A DNA stretch of 49,534 bases from Gammaproteobacteria bacterium (GTDB lineage: Bacteria > Pseudomonadota > Gammaproteobacteria > S012-40): positions 1-49,534 of the forward strand of contig JAOUJM010000009.1 in NCBI GenBank assembly GCA_029883265.1. The letters are read 5' to 3'. Of the stretch, positions 19,006-27,998 are shown piece after piece. The stretch's first letter is position 1. Every line of letters starts with the position of its first letter. The notes beneath the pieces were generated by a model that worked only from the letters and a program-made list of their open reading frames with translations, was not told where the DNA came from and searched no databases. Both the position numbers and the translations under genes were made by a program.

Positions 19006-19875
19006 ATGAAACAACTACGAATATTAGCAATTTGTATTGCATGCATACTTGCAGCAAGTTGTGCAACCATGAAAAAAGATAATCGAGATCAGTTGAGCAA
19101 AATTAAATCGGTCGCCGTGGTGCTTTTTACCGTTCCGGAAAAAATTGTTTATCGCCCTGATCCGCGCGAAACAATGAAAAAAAATATGCTCACCCAAGCT
19201 ATAAAAATGTTATCTACTGGCGATGGAACAAAAGCGGCTACGTTAGCGCATAATTCATTTATTGAGGAGCTAAATAGTAACAAGTTATCTTTTTCAGTAC
19301 TCCAACCACGCACGATGCTTGACAACGAGCAATTTGTTCGGCTGGCAACACCACCGGAGAAGTTCCAAGTTGCAGGTGTAGATGTTGATATGGTCGCTGG
19401 TGCGATTTCTATGTTTTCAAAAGGAAAGTATGGAAAAAAACGCGAACCGACAGGCGCTGCACCAGAATCCATGCGAGCATATGGGATTGCTGAACCTAGC
19501 CAAGCTTGGTCTAACACAGATGGTGAAGTCCAGTTTGTCCGAGATGCAATAGCGTCCCTTGATGTAGACGCAGCGATTATTGTCTCGGATCCTGGCATGT
19601 CATTCTATTGTCATGCCTGTGTGCTCGTCGCCAGTGCTGGTGCCTCAGGAATTAGTAGCACCGGAAGCAATTACACTGTAGCAATTGTCGATAAGCGTGG
19701 GAAAATTTTATATCAATATCACCACTGGTTTACAGGCACCGACGCCACTGCAAAAATGATTGCCAGTGCAGTCAATCCAGAAGAACACGGAACACTTTTT
19801 ACTGCTCACGGAAAAACGATTGGCAAAGCGTTCAGTGAAGATTTTGCACGCTTAATGGCAGGTGCAAAACCGTGA
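19006..19875 (+). CDS. hypothetical lipoprotein
   Basis: Lipobox ICIACILAASCATMKK after MKQLRILA; RBS aaagggagg upstream. Confidence 0.55.
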   Translation: MKQLRILAICIACILAASCATMKKDNRDQLSKIKSVAVVLFTVPEKIVYRPDPRETMKKNMLTQAIKMLSTGDGTKAATLAHNSFIEELNSNKLSFSVLQPRTMLDNEQFVRLATPPEKFQVAGVDVDMVAGAISMFSKGKYGKKREPTGAAPESMRAYGIAEPSQAWSNTDGEVQFVRDAIASLDVDAAIIVSDPGMSFYCHACVLVASAGASGISSTGSNYTVAIVDKRGKILYQYHHWFTGTDATAKMIASAVNPEEHGTLFTAHGKTIGKAFSEDFARLMAGAKP

Positions 19876-20081
19876 AAACTTGGCAGATGGAACCAGAATC
19901 GCTTGTCATGTTAGACAGATATAAATAGATGATTTTGCGAGCAATAACTCAGAACTTCTCAGGATACTTTAATTCTGAGAAGAAATTCAAACATTGGCAA
20001 GCATAAATTGTTCAACTCAAACCAACGCAGGTCGAGTTAACATCCAGCAGTCGCTTTTTAAAAACTTCTGGGAGGAAGAAA

Positions 20082-20858
20082 GTGAACATTAAAGAAAAAA
20101 TATTTTTAATAATCATGCTCAGTAGCATCAGTTTTACCGCTTTGGCACAAAAAGGTTATGCCATTTCGGCAGGCTCGTTACCTGGGGTATCTGGCTTACA
20201 GGATGCTCACTTAACTGATCGTCTTGTATCTGGCGAGGGCTCTTCCTCGGAACAAGTATTTATGGACTATTCTGACTCAAATTCTGGTTTGTTTAATCCG
20301 GCAATCTTTTTTTCAATGCCAGCAAAGTTATCTTTTTCAGGCATTCAGATTAGTAACGATTATTTTAAACCCATGTGGGAATTTGGTTTTGGTTTCGGAG
20401 CAGCAACTGTATTCCAACTCAACCTAAAAGCAGACTTTGAAGTATGGCGCCAAGATGCATCAACCTATGCAACTGTAACACCTCTGTTTGGTATGGGAGT
20501 CGCGTCTCAAGACATGGGTGAGGTTCCACAATTTCCAGGACAGATAAATACAAAGGAGGGTGATTTCAGTCCTGGCTCAGCGATTACTATGTCTAGTACT
20601 GGACTAGTATTTGGATTGAAAGCCGGCATTAATCACGACTTAGGTGGCTTGTCTACCTTTGCCAATTTAGGTTTTCAATTTGCACTCGCTCATAGCACTT
20701 CGGTTAGCATCGAATCTACTGAACTTGAAGGTCAAATACATGCAAAAAATTGCTCGGGACAATCTAGTCTGGACCTAGAGTGTAGTAACTATTTCGATCC
20801 TTTTGAAGATGCACGTGGCTTAACGGGCTTGACCATTCAAATTGGTGCAAATTTCTAA
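20082..20858 (+). CDS. hypothetical outer-membrane beta-barrel protein
   Basis: Signal peptide IFLIIMLSSISFTALAQ; C-terminal terminal Phe (TIQIGANF); RBS ggaggaag upstream. Confidence 0.5.
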   Translation: MNIKEKIFLIIMLSSISFTALAQKGYAISAGSLPGVSGLQDAHLTDRLVSGEGSSSEQVFMDYSDSNSGLFNPAIFFSMPAKLSFSGIQISNDYFKPMWEFGFGFGAATVFQLNLKADFEVWRQDASTYATVTPLFGMGVASQDMGEVPQFPGQINTKEGDFSPGSAITMSSTGLVFGLKAGINHDLGGLSTFANLGFQFALAHSTSVSIESTELEGQIHAKNCSGQSSLDLECSNYFDPFEDARGLTGLTIQIGANF

Positions 20859-21015
20859 ATTATTAATGCATTGCCTAGTGTATAGGGTCCCCAGCAGTAG
20901 TACGACACGAAGTCGCTTAGTTAAATGTTTCAACGGTCTGAGGCCCGGATGAAGCCTGTTGTTCCGACAGCAGTTCCCTACTTGGACAGGCGATCTTGAC
21001 AACGAGATGGTGACC

Positions 21016-21054
21016 TATACCCCATTTCTCGGACAGAGAAATGGGGTATAGGTC
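21016..21054. repeat. perfect 17-bp-stem hairpin (CCTATACCCCATTTCTC ggaca GAGAAATGGGGTATAGG)
   Basis: Seen directly in intergenic region between OMP gene and fic. Confidence 0.5.
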
Positions 21055-21185
21055 ATAGGGATAACTACGATCGCCCACATGGCTCGGTGCGTGGGGTTGC
21101 TTGTGATTTTATGGTGACACAGAGTTTTGAACAACCCCCCCTAGAATAAACACTATATTCGAATCATAATACCCTTGTATTTGAT

Positions 21186-22328
21186 TTGATTAAACACTAT
21201 ATTCAAATCATGAAATACAATTGGCAGCAACCAGACTGGACCGATTTTAACTACGATATCAAAGGCGTACAGGATATTTTGTTTGCTTTTGCTGAAAAGA
21301 CCGGACAAGTCAACGGTATCATGAAAAGCCTTCCTGGCACGATTCAAACCGATGCGGTCATCGACATTATGGTCTCTGAAGCTATTAAAACATCGGCAAT
21401 TGAAGGCGAGAATCTTAGCCGTTCCGATGTCATGTCCTCCATACGCCATAATCTTGGGCTCGATGCTAGTCCTTCCCTTGCTGTGGATAGACGAGCCAAA
21501 GGTGTGGCGGATCTTATGGTCGATGTACGTCACTCGTTTCAAGATCCGCTGACCGAAGCCACACTTTTTAAATGGCACGAAATGCTGATGAGCGGCCAGC
21601 GCAGAAACTTACCGGTCGGCATGTGGCGTAGTCATAAAGAACCCATGCAAGTGATCTCCGGAGTGATTGGAAAATGGAAAGTCCATTTTGAAGCACCGCC
21701 ATCTGATCAGGTTCCGCAAGAAATGATCAGATTTATAGACTGGTTTAACAAAACTGCCCCAAGCGCGGCGGAAGAAATCAAAAATCCTGTGATACGTTCC
21801 GCGATCGCTCATTTGTATTTTGAAAGCATTCATCCATTCGAGGATGGGAATGGCCGAATTGGTCGAGCCATTTCAGAAAAAGCACTCTCTCAAGGACTGG
21901 GCCGCCCCACCCTATTAAGTCTTTCCGACGCAATCGAAACAAAGAAGAAAGACTACTACAGCGCCTTAATGAATGCTCAAAAGTCTAATGAGATTACCCA
22001 CTGGATTAAATATTTTTCAACCACTGTACTTAGCGCTCAGATGATGGCGGAAGAAAAAATCGAGTTTATTCTTAATAAAACTAAATTCCTTGATCACTTC
22101 AAAGACCAGCTGAATGATCGTCAATTAAAAGTGATTCATCGAATGTTCGATGCAGGGGTACCAGGCTTTGACGGTGGAATGACACAAAAAAAATATGTCG
22201 CAATAACCAAAACATCAACTGCCACAGCGACTCGTGATCTAAAATATCTAGCCGACATCGGTGCGCTAAAACAAGTCGGCGGTGGTCGCAGTACCCGGTA
22301 TGAGATTGATTTCTGTTTTAATCGATAG
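21186..22328 (+). CDS. fic: Fic/DOC family protein (putative AMPylase)
   Basis: Canonical Fic motif HPFEDGNGRIGR within 380-aa protein; C-terminal winged-helix-like tail. Confidence 0.8.
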   Translation: MIKHYIQIMKYNWQQPDWTDFNYDIKGVQDILFAFAEKTGQVNGIMKSLPGTIQTDAVIDIMVSEAIKTSAIEGENLSRSDVMSSIRHNLGLDASPSLAVDRRAKGVADLMVDVRHSFQDPLTEATLFKWHEMLMSGQRRNLPVGMWRSHKEPMQVISGVIGKWKVHFEAPPSDQVPQEMIRFIDWFNKTAPSAAEEIKNPVIRSAIAHLYFESIHPFEDGNGRIGRAISEKALSQGLGRPTLLSLSDAIETKKKDYYSALMNAQKSNEITHWIKYFSTTVLSAQMMAEEKIEFILNKTKFLDHFKDQLNDRQLKVIHRMFDAGVPGFDGGMTQKKYVAITKTSTATATRDLKYLADIGALKQVGGGRSTRYEIDFCFNR

Positions 22329-22488
22329 CCAAACACATTTTAACTATTCCAACCTACTGTCAGATCAGAACGTTTTGCATGACTATTATCCCACATTAAA
22401 CGGGACCCCAATATAGGGTCCCCAGTTCCTTTCCGCTTTGGTGCTAGCAGATGTATTATCCACTCACGAGTAGACTGCCGGCTAATAG

Positions 22489-22664
22489 AGGGTTGGCCGT
22501 GATTAAAACGAGATCCGCCGATTCACATGTAACTCTTTGAATGGTGATGGTGAAAGTCAAAAATAGAAATCAATTACCCTGAGAATATTTTTTACAAATT
22601 TCTAGATGAATTCATTTGCTTGTATGAGTTTTTGGCGTATTTAGCACGAATCCCAGCCAACCCT
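22489..22664. mobile_element. 176-bp MITE-like repeat, copy 2
   Basis: ~90% identical to 49-224, same TIRs. Confidence 0.7.
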
Positions 22665-22675
22665 CATATACGGAC

Positions 22676-22706
22676 ATCGGCCTTGGTAGGCCGATGCTTT
22701 ATTTTG
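22676..22706. terminator. hairpin catcggcc-ttggta-ggccgatg followed by T-run
   Basis: Immediately downstream of SPFH gene stop and MITE end. Confidence 0.4.
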
Positions 22707-23850
22707 TTGGTATATTGATGCGTACCATATCATTGATCACGCCATCGAGGCCACCGAATACAGTGAGACGCTCAATCTTATCCGTCACCTTTTCGAGCGT
22801 TTCCAACTCTTTTAGTCGCAACAATGTTGGATTGCCTTCCATGAGTTTCGCGGTGTTCAAAAGTGATCGTGTTGCCGCAGTTTCTTCACGACGTTTAATC
22901 ACATTCGCTTGAGCCGCCTTTTCCGCGGTCACCACCTGGTTCAAGATTTCTTTCATGTCACCAGGAAGAATGACATCTTTCACACCCACACTCACCACTT
23001 TCAAACCATAGGGTTCTACTCGGTTCTTCACCAAGGTGAAAACGGTGTTATCCAATTCACTTTTCTCACTTAATAACACGTCCAACGTTTGAGCACTGAT
23101 TGCCGAACGCAGTGCAAATTGCAATTCGCGATACAAGTATTCAACAAAGTTGTTTAGCTGATTGCGCGCAGTAACTGCATCAGTCACTTGATAGTGAGCA
23201 CTGAGATTCACACGTAGGCTCACTTTATCCTTGGTGAGAATTTCTTGGCCACTGACTTCCATGACTTGTAGTCGTAAATCGATGATTTCAACTTTTATAT
23301 TGCGTAGAAATTTCCAATAAACATGCAGACCCGGAGCAAGTGTTTTCACAAGTGCACCCTCTTCAATAAGCAATCCGACTTTGTTGTCGGCGATTTCTGC
23401 TACGCCAATCGTATGGCTCACTTTTGATGCCAAACCACTGCTCGTGGAACGTGCTAACAACTGCGTCACCGCTTGTGGTACCTCATAGTCTTCTTTGATA
23501 TCCAATACTTTAACATCGATATCAATTGGACCTTTCCAAAAAACGGCACGTGTACCCGGTGCAAGCACATCGGCTAATTTTGCATTTTGATACACCAGAC
23601 CGATTTCAAATTCACCGAGCTCGAAAACACGAAAGTGCTCAGCCATAAGTGCCGTGCTGTCATTCAACAATACATCTAACTGGTTATGACGAAATTCAGG
23701 TACCGTAACATCATATAACTTCACTTCTACACGTTGTGCATAGTCCAATAGGTGATAAACACCGGGATGCAATATGTCCACAAGTTTTTGATCCTGCATT
23801 TTCAAGCCACGCTGGTGTTGTGCAACAACAATTCGTTTATATCCAAACAT
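22699..23850 (-). CDS. SPFH/band-7 domain protein with N-terminal extension
   Basis: C-terminal half matches SPFH domain (LRVNLSAHYQV...YGLKVVSVGVKDVILPGDMKEILNQVVTAEKAAQANVIKRREETAATRSL); N-terminal ~170 aa unassigned. Confidence 0.6.
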   Translation of the reverse strand: MFGYKRIVVAQHQRGLKMQDQKLVDILHPGVYHLLDYAQRVEVKLYDVTVPEFRHNQLDVLLNDSTALMAEHFRVFELGEFEIGLVYQNAKLADVLAPGTRAVFWKGPIDIDVKVLDIKEDYEVPQAVTQLLARSTSSGLASKVSHTIGVAEIADNKVGLLIEEGALVKTLAPGLHVYWKFLRNIKVEIIDLRLQVMEVSGQEILTKDKVSLRVNLSAHYQVTDAVTARNQLNNFVEYLYRELQFALRSAISAQTLDVLLSEKSELDNTVFTLVKNRVEPYGLKVVSVGVKDVILPGDMKEILNQVVTAEKAAQANVIKRREETAATRSLLNTAKLMEGNPTLLRLKELETLEKVTDKIERLTVFGGLDGVINDMVRINIPTK

Positions 23851-24124
23851 GGCAATACTCCTTTCTAATTTCTATTGTTAGTCGTAATGGCCGATGTCCC
23901 ACACAGTCTCGCGGATGGAGAGTTGGCCGATACGCGGACGCTGGCTGTGACACATATGACGACAATCGCTTGTCTCATGACGGTTGGCAGCCTTTGTTGG
24001 CGTAGCGGTGACCCCGCCCTACAGACGGGACTGTGCTGTCAATAAAGAAGTGGCTTGTTATTATTGTTTCCCCTTCTTCATCAACAGGGACATTGACCCC
24101 TTGGCTATTTTTAAACACTGACCT

Positions 24125-24150
24125 GAACAGTGCGGGGAGTCGAACCCCAA
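24125..24150 (-). other. isolated tRNA 3'-end-like fragment (T-arm GGGG-TTCGACT-CCCC plus acceptor), no matching 5' half
   Basis: gcggggagtcgaacccc motif without complementary acceptor strand nearby; candidate att-site remnant. Confidence 0.3.
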
Positions 24151-24171
24151 GCCTCTCGGCTTTACCACGAG

Positions 24172-24242
24172 TGTCTACGGCAGGAGTCGAACCTGCTACC
24201 GGATGATTACTGTCATCTGCTCTACCCAATGAGCTACGTACA
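24172..24242 (-). pseudogene. tRNA-like pseudogene (Tyr-GUA-like anticodon, 6-nt anticodon loop, G:G mismatch in acceptor stem)
   Basis: Manual fold: D-arm GCTC/GAGC, anticodon stem GATGA/TCATC with loop CAGTAA (6 nt), T-arm GCAGG-TTCGACT-CCTGC; 71 nt. Confidence 0.35.
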
Positions 24243-24372
24243 CTGGCCTTGTTATGCACGCATTTTTTCGGTACACACCGTGCCATTGAAGCCTAAGTGT
24301 GCCAGGTGGCAACAGATGCCACGCCGCTGAAAAAACCGATTGCTTAGCAAGTCATGAAGTATCTAACGATAC

Positions 24373-24600
24373 TTACCATTCTTTTGCACCATCACACAGA
24401 GATGGTGCGCGTTCGATCTCCTCTTCCAATCCATCAAGTAAACCATAATCCTCGGCATACCACTCATCAATCATTTGACTGAGTAAGCGCGCCTCGGATT
24501 GTCGTGCACCAGATCGAACAGTCTGGTGTACGTGGCCTTTTCTCAATAGTGGAGAACATAAAACCTGTTGACGTCGTGTCGTCATGATTGTCTCCTTCAA
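24373..24600 (-). CDS. hypothetical small protein
   Basis: 75-aa ORF overlapping stop of upstream 319-aa gene by 4 bp (operonic). Confidence 0.3.
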   Translation of the reverse strand: MKETIMTTRRQQVLCSPLLRKGHVHQTVRSGARQSEARLLSQMIDEWYAEDYGLLDGLEEEIERAPSLCDGAKEW

Positions 24601-25556
24601 TGTAGGTAATACCAGGTATTGGTTTTACTTTTTTTAATCCCGCGTCGCGCAACCGAGTCCGCCATTAAAAACGCCGGTGCTTGCGCAACCTTCTCAAAAC
24701 AAAACTGGCGTGGTAATTGACTGTACAAACGCCGCGGCGGTTGTGCCCCACGTAAACGCTTCATCACATTCCCAGTCTCAAAGCTGTGATAGTAAATATG
24801 ACGCAAGCCCAACTCATGACGAATAAACCGAACTGTTGCCATGAGCATTGCTTCTTCCCACACCTCAATATACGGTGCAAAAAAGCGATTCAAGTACATC
24901 AAAATATCACGCCGTGAACCCATTAAACGGAACACATCGGAATCGTCAGAACACTGCAATACTTGCCAGGCATACAACGCCCGCCGTACCCAATCACTTT
25001 GAATCTCTTCAATTAAGGCTTCATCGCGTTCAAAGTCCACATCCATCCGTGCCCACGCCAAGGTATGTCGAAATAGCGAACGCTCCCCCCGATGATTCAC
25101 CGGGTGTAAACCGTAGTTCAAACCACAGGTCTCATGCGGTTGCGCCAAACGCTCAAAGGCTTGGTTATGCTGTTCCGAAAAATTCAGCTGCAGCACCACG
25201 TTATACCCCGGTCGAGACGTTTGTGCCCACGCACGATCGCGTCCACCCCAGGTTGTTAAACTCAACAAAAATGGTATCGCAGGACGAATCCACTGCGACC
25301 GTAAATCTTGATCACGTACCGTGGACTGACCCAGATGCGCCAGCGATTGTTGTACCTCTCTTTTTTTTAATAAACGCGCATACGACGTTTGTTTAATCTG
25401 TTTGACCGTCATGCCTTGGCCGACCAAGTCGGCCAAGAGCAAAAACGCATACTGATCTTTGAAATACCGAAAGTGCGTTTTACCCTGAGGTAAGCAATCG
25501 ATAATTTCATTCGCTTGTGTTAGTTTCATTTTGATACGCTCTCTATGTTTCAACAC
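24597..25556 (-). CDS. hypothetical protein, co-transcribed downstream of rtcB
   Basis: 319-aa ORF, Arg/Trp-rich, no motif recognised by eye; 86 bp downstream of rtcB stop on same strand. Confidence 0.45.
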   Translation of the reverse strand: MLKHRERIKMKLTQANEIIDCLPQGKTHFRYFKDQYAFLLLADLVGQGMTVKQIKQTSYARLLKKREVQQSLAHLGQSTVRDQDLRSQWIRPAIPFLLSLTTWGGRDRAWAQTSRPGYNVVLQLNFSEQHNQAFERLAQPHETCGLNYGLHPVNHRGERSLFRHTLAWARMDVDFERDEALIEEIQSDWVRRALYAWQVLQCSDDSDVFRLMGSRRDILMYLNRFFAPYIEVWEEAMLMATVRFIRHELGLRHIYYHSFETGNVMKRLRGAQPPRRLYSQLPRQFCFEKVAQAPAFLMADSVARRGIKKSKTNTWYYLH

Positions 25557-25642
25557 GACCGCCTCAAAAGGCGTTACTTTTTTGTGCCATCAAAACATTA
25601 AGTACGCGTATCACACGCCATCATGCAAACAACACCAATCAG

Positions 25643-26869
25643 TTAACCTTTTACACAGACCACTTGTTTCAATGTATGAACCACCTCAACCAAGTCGGAC
25701 TGCGCCGCCATCACTTTGTCTATATCTTTATATGCAGCGGGCGTTTCATCGATCACACTTTTATCTTTACGACATTCCACACCGTGAGTGGCCTTCACAT
25801 GATCATCCAGACTAAAACGTTTTTTCGCTTCAGTGCGTGAATGCACCCGTCCAGCACCATGACTACAACTGCAAAAACTCTCGGCATTACCTTTGCCTTT
25901 CACAATGTAACTACGCGCACCCATTGAACCAGGAATAATCCCATACTCTCCGACCCCGGCACGCACGGCACCTTTGCGTGTGACATACACGTCCTCACCA
26001 AAATGATGTTCCACTGCCACATAATTGTGATGACAATTCACTGCCATGACTTTGGCTTGAAAACTCATGGGCAAGGTCTCACGTAAGGCCATCATAACGC
26101 GATCCATCATCACTTCTCGATTCTTCGCGGCATACGCCTGAGCCCAATGCACCGCTTGCACATAATCGTCAAAATACTCTGTGCCTTCATTCAAATATGC
26201 GAGATCACGATCCGGCAAATTTAGAATATGATGGCCCATATCTTTTTTTGCCAACTCGATAAAATAACTCCCTATGCGATTACCCACACCTCGAGAACCA
26301 CTGTGTAACATCACCCAGACATCATCTTGCTCATCCATACACACTTCGATAAAATGATTCCCGGTGCCCAAGGTGCCAAGGTGATTCACATGATTCGCTT
26401 TCGCGACCTTAGGATGTTTCTCGGCAATACGATCAAATGCATCAGCTAAGCTTGCCCATGCTTGGGATACCCGCGCGGGAATATAATGCCAGGCACCACG
26501 ATCATTACGGCCGCCGCCTTTAGTACGCCCATGCGGTACCGCCGCTTCAATGGCTGTACGCACACCGGCTAAGTTGTCTGGCAAGCGTTTTCCTTTAAGT
26601 GAGGTTTTCACTGCCATCATGCCGCAACCAATATCCACCCCCACCGCAGCTGGAATAATTGCACCGACCGTTGGAATCACCGAACCCACAGTGGCGCCTT
26701 TACCCACATGCACATCGGGCATCGCAGCTACCCAGCCATGCACAAACGGTAGCCGCGCGATATTTTGTAACTGTTGTTGCGCATTCGCATCAAACAGCAC
26801 ACCATCGGTCCAGGCTTTTATGTGCACGGCCTGTTCATCACCGATAACGTTATACGTTTTCATAGTCAT
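25643..26869 (-). CDS. rtcB: RtcB-family RNA 3'-phosphate/2',3'-cyclic phosphate ligase
   Basis: 408 aa; hallmark blocks MPDVHVGKGATVGSVIP, NCHHNYV and CSCSHGAGR (catalytic His region). Confidence 0.85.
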   Translation of the reverse strand: MTMKTYNVIGDEQAVHIKAWTDGVLFDANAQQQLQNIARLPFVHGWVAAMPDVHVGKGATVGSVIPTVGAIIPAAVGVDIGCGMMAVKTSLKGKRLPDNLAGVRTAIEAAVPHGRTKGGGRNDRGAWHYIPARVSQAWASLADAFDRIAEKHPKVAKANHVNHLGTLGTGNHFIEVCMDEQDDVWVMLHSGSRGVGNRIGSYFIELAKKDMGHHILNLPDRDLAYLNEGTEYFDDYVQAVHWAQAYAAKNREVMMDRVMMALRETLPMSFQAKVMAVNCHHNYVAVEHHFGEDVYVTRKGAVRAGVGEYGIIPGSMGARSYIVKGKGNAESFCSCSHGAGRVHSRTEAKKRFSLDDHVKATHGVECRKDKSVIDETPAAYKDIDKVMAAQSDLVEVVHTLKQVVCVKG

Positions 26870-26888
26870 GCTCTTTTCCTTATCTTAT

Positions 26889-27428
26889 TCAAAACCGATT
26901 GCTCAAAAATGCCATTTGGTCGGCAAGAATGCATCGATTTCTCAGTGTTAACCACTCCGCATAATTCGGTGTATACGGCACACCGTGTAATGTCATATTC
27001 GCTTCATCGGGCGTGCGGTCTGCTTTTCTCTCATTACATACCCGACATGCTGATACCACATTGGTCCACACATTCGCACCACCCCTTGATAGCGGCATCA
27101 CATGATCCCGCGTCAGTTTGGAATCGGGTAATGATGCTAGACAATACATACATAAATGCCCATCCCGACGGAACAACTCACGGTTATTCAATGGGGGTAT
27201 CATCGTATAACGATTGACACCGTTAACCCCGCGACATGCAAGAATAGAATTGATTGCAATCCGCGAGCGTTGGCCCGTTAACCGATTTCGGCCACCATTG
27301 ATCCACAAGTGTTCATTACCAGCGATCCAAACAACTTTATCGTTCACTAATAACAATGCCGCAGTTTGCCAAGGCATCCACCCCAAGGGTTGGCCCGCAA
27401 TATCCAGTCGCAAAATTAGATGCGTCAT
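26889..27428 (-). CDS. HNH endonuclease (McrA-like)
   Basis: HNH motif CMYCLASLPDSKLTRDHVMPLSRGGANVWTNVVSACRVCNERKADRTP (C-x2-C...H...N...C-x2-C). Confidence 0.75.
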   Translation of the reverse strand: MTHLILRLDIAGQPLGWMPWQTAALLLVNDKVVWIAGNEHLWINGGRNRLTGQRSRIAINSILACRGVNGVNRYTMIPPLNNRELFRRDGHLCMYCLASLPDSKLTRDHVMPLSRGGANVWTNVVSACRVCNERKADRTPDEANMTLHGVPYTPNYAEWLTLRNRCILADQMAFLSNRF

Positions 27429-27492
27429 TCCATTCTCTCCAAATCATCACCCTTCACTCACTTAAACCAAGTAGGAACGTGTTTTATAATCG

Positions 27493-27565
27493 TGGCGCAA
27501 GCGATGTGATTCGAACACATACATCGACAATCACTCGATGCACCAATTAGCAATCGGCTGCCTTA
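27493..27565 (-). tRNA. tRNA-like gene, non-canonical (possible Ile-GAU anticodon; too-short variable region)
   Basis: T-arm ATGTG-TTCGAAT-CACAT and CCA present; anticodon stem CATCGA/TCGATG loop GTGATTG; acceptor has one mismatch; variable loop cannot be placed canonically. Confidence 0.3.
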
Positions 27566-27592
27566 CCCTTCGGCCACGCTTTCATCAATCGG

Positions 27593-27675
27593 TGCGTCTG
27601 GCCCGATTCGAACGGGCATGCTAAAAAAGCGACGAGATTTAAGCTCGCTCTGTATTCCTAATCCACCACAGTCGC
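27593..27675 (-). tRNA. tRNA-Leu(UAA), class II
   Basis: Manual cloverleaf: anticodon loop CTTAAAT; long variable arm; T-arm GCCCG-TTCGAAT-CGGGC; one A:A mismatch in acceptor; no encoded CCA. Confidence 0.55.
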
Positions 27676-27680
27676 GCAAT

Positions 27681-27756
27681 TGGTGGTGATCGTACGATTC
27701 GAACGTACATCGCCCTGCGTATGAGACAGGTGCTTTACCAATTAAGCACGATCACC
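27681..27756 (-). tRNA. tRNA-Met(CAU) elongator-type (or Ile2)
   Basis: Perfect acceptor GGTGATC/GATCACC, D-stem GCTT/AAGC, anticodon loop CTCATAC, T-arm GTACG-TTCGAAT-CGTAC, CCA encoded. Confidence 0.7.
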
Positions 27757-27757
27757 T

Positions 27758-27832
27758 TGGCACCCCGTAACGGATTCAAACCGCTAGCTGCTGATTTGGA
27801 GTCAGCCGTTTTATCACATAAACTAACGAGGC
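27758..27832 (-). tRNA. tRNA-Trp(CCA)
   Basis: Anticodon stem GCTGA/TCAGC loop CTCCAAA; D-stem GTTT/AAAC; T-loop TTTGAAT (T56 instead of C56); CCA encoded. Confidence 0.6.
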
Positions 27833-27838
27833 TAAAAC

Positions 27839-27912
27839 TGGCTCCCCGAGATCGATTCGAACGATCACTCCAAGTGTCAAAGACTTGTGTTCTACCATTA
27901 AACCATCGGGAA
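27839..27912 (-). tRNA. tRNA-Gln(UUG)
   Basis: Anticodon stem CAAGT/ACTTG loop CTTTGAC; T-arm GATCG-TTCGAAT-CGATC; CCA encoded. Confidence 0.7.
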
Positions 27913-27920
27913 AAAGTCGT

Positions 27921-27996
27921 TGGTGCCCTCACCAAGATTCGAACTTGGATCATTCACTTTCGTAGAGTGAGGCTTTAATCATTAAGCTATGAAGGC
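27921..27996 (-). tRNA. tRNA-Arg(ACG)
   Basis: Anticodon stem TCACT/AGTGA loop CTACGAA; D-stem GCTT/AAGC; T-arm CCAAG-TTCGAAT-CTTGG; CCA encoded. Confidence 0.7.
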
Positions 27997-27998
27997 AT

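Noticed and set aside
19149-19598. 149-aa minus-strand ORF
   Set aside because: Antisense to the lipoprotein gene that has lipobox and RBS; Ser/Ala-rich translation typical of antisense frames
21153-21578. 141-aa minus-strand ORF overlapping fic start
   Set aside because: Overlaps a motif-supported CDS; no RBS or motif
24848-25396. 182-aa + strand ORF
   Set aside because: Antisense within the 319-aa gene that is operonic with rtcB; Pro/Ser-rich composition typical of antisense frames
25531-27217. Several + strand ORFs (94, 133, 62, 147 aa) overlapping rtcB and the HNH gene
   Set aside because: RtcB and HNH carry unambiguous motifs on the minus strand; these are shadow ORFs
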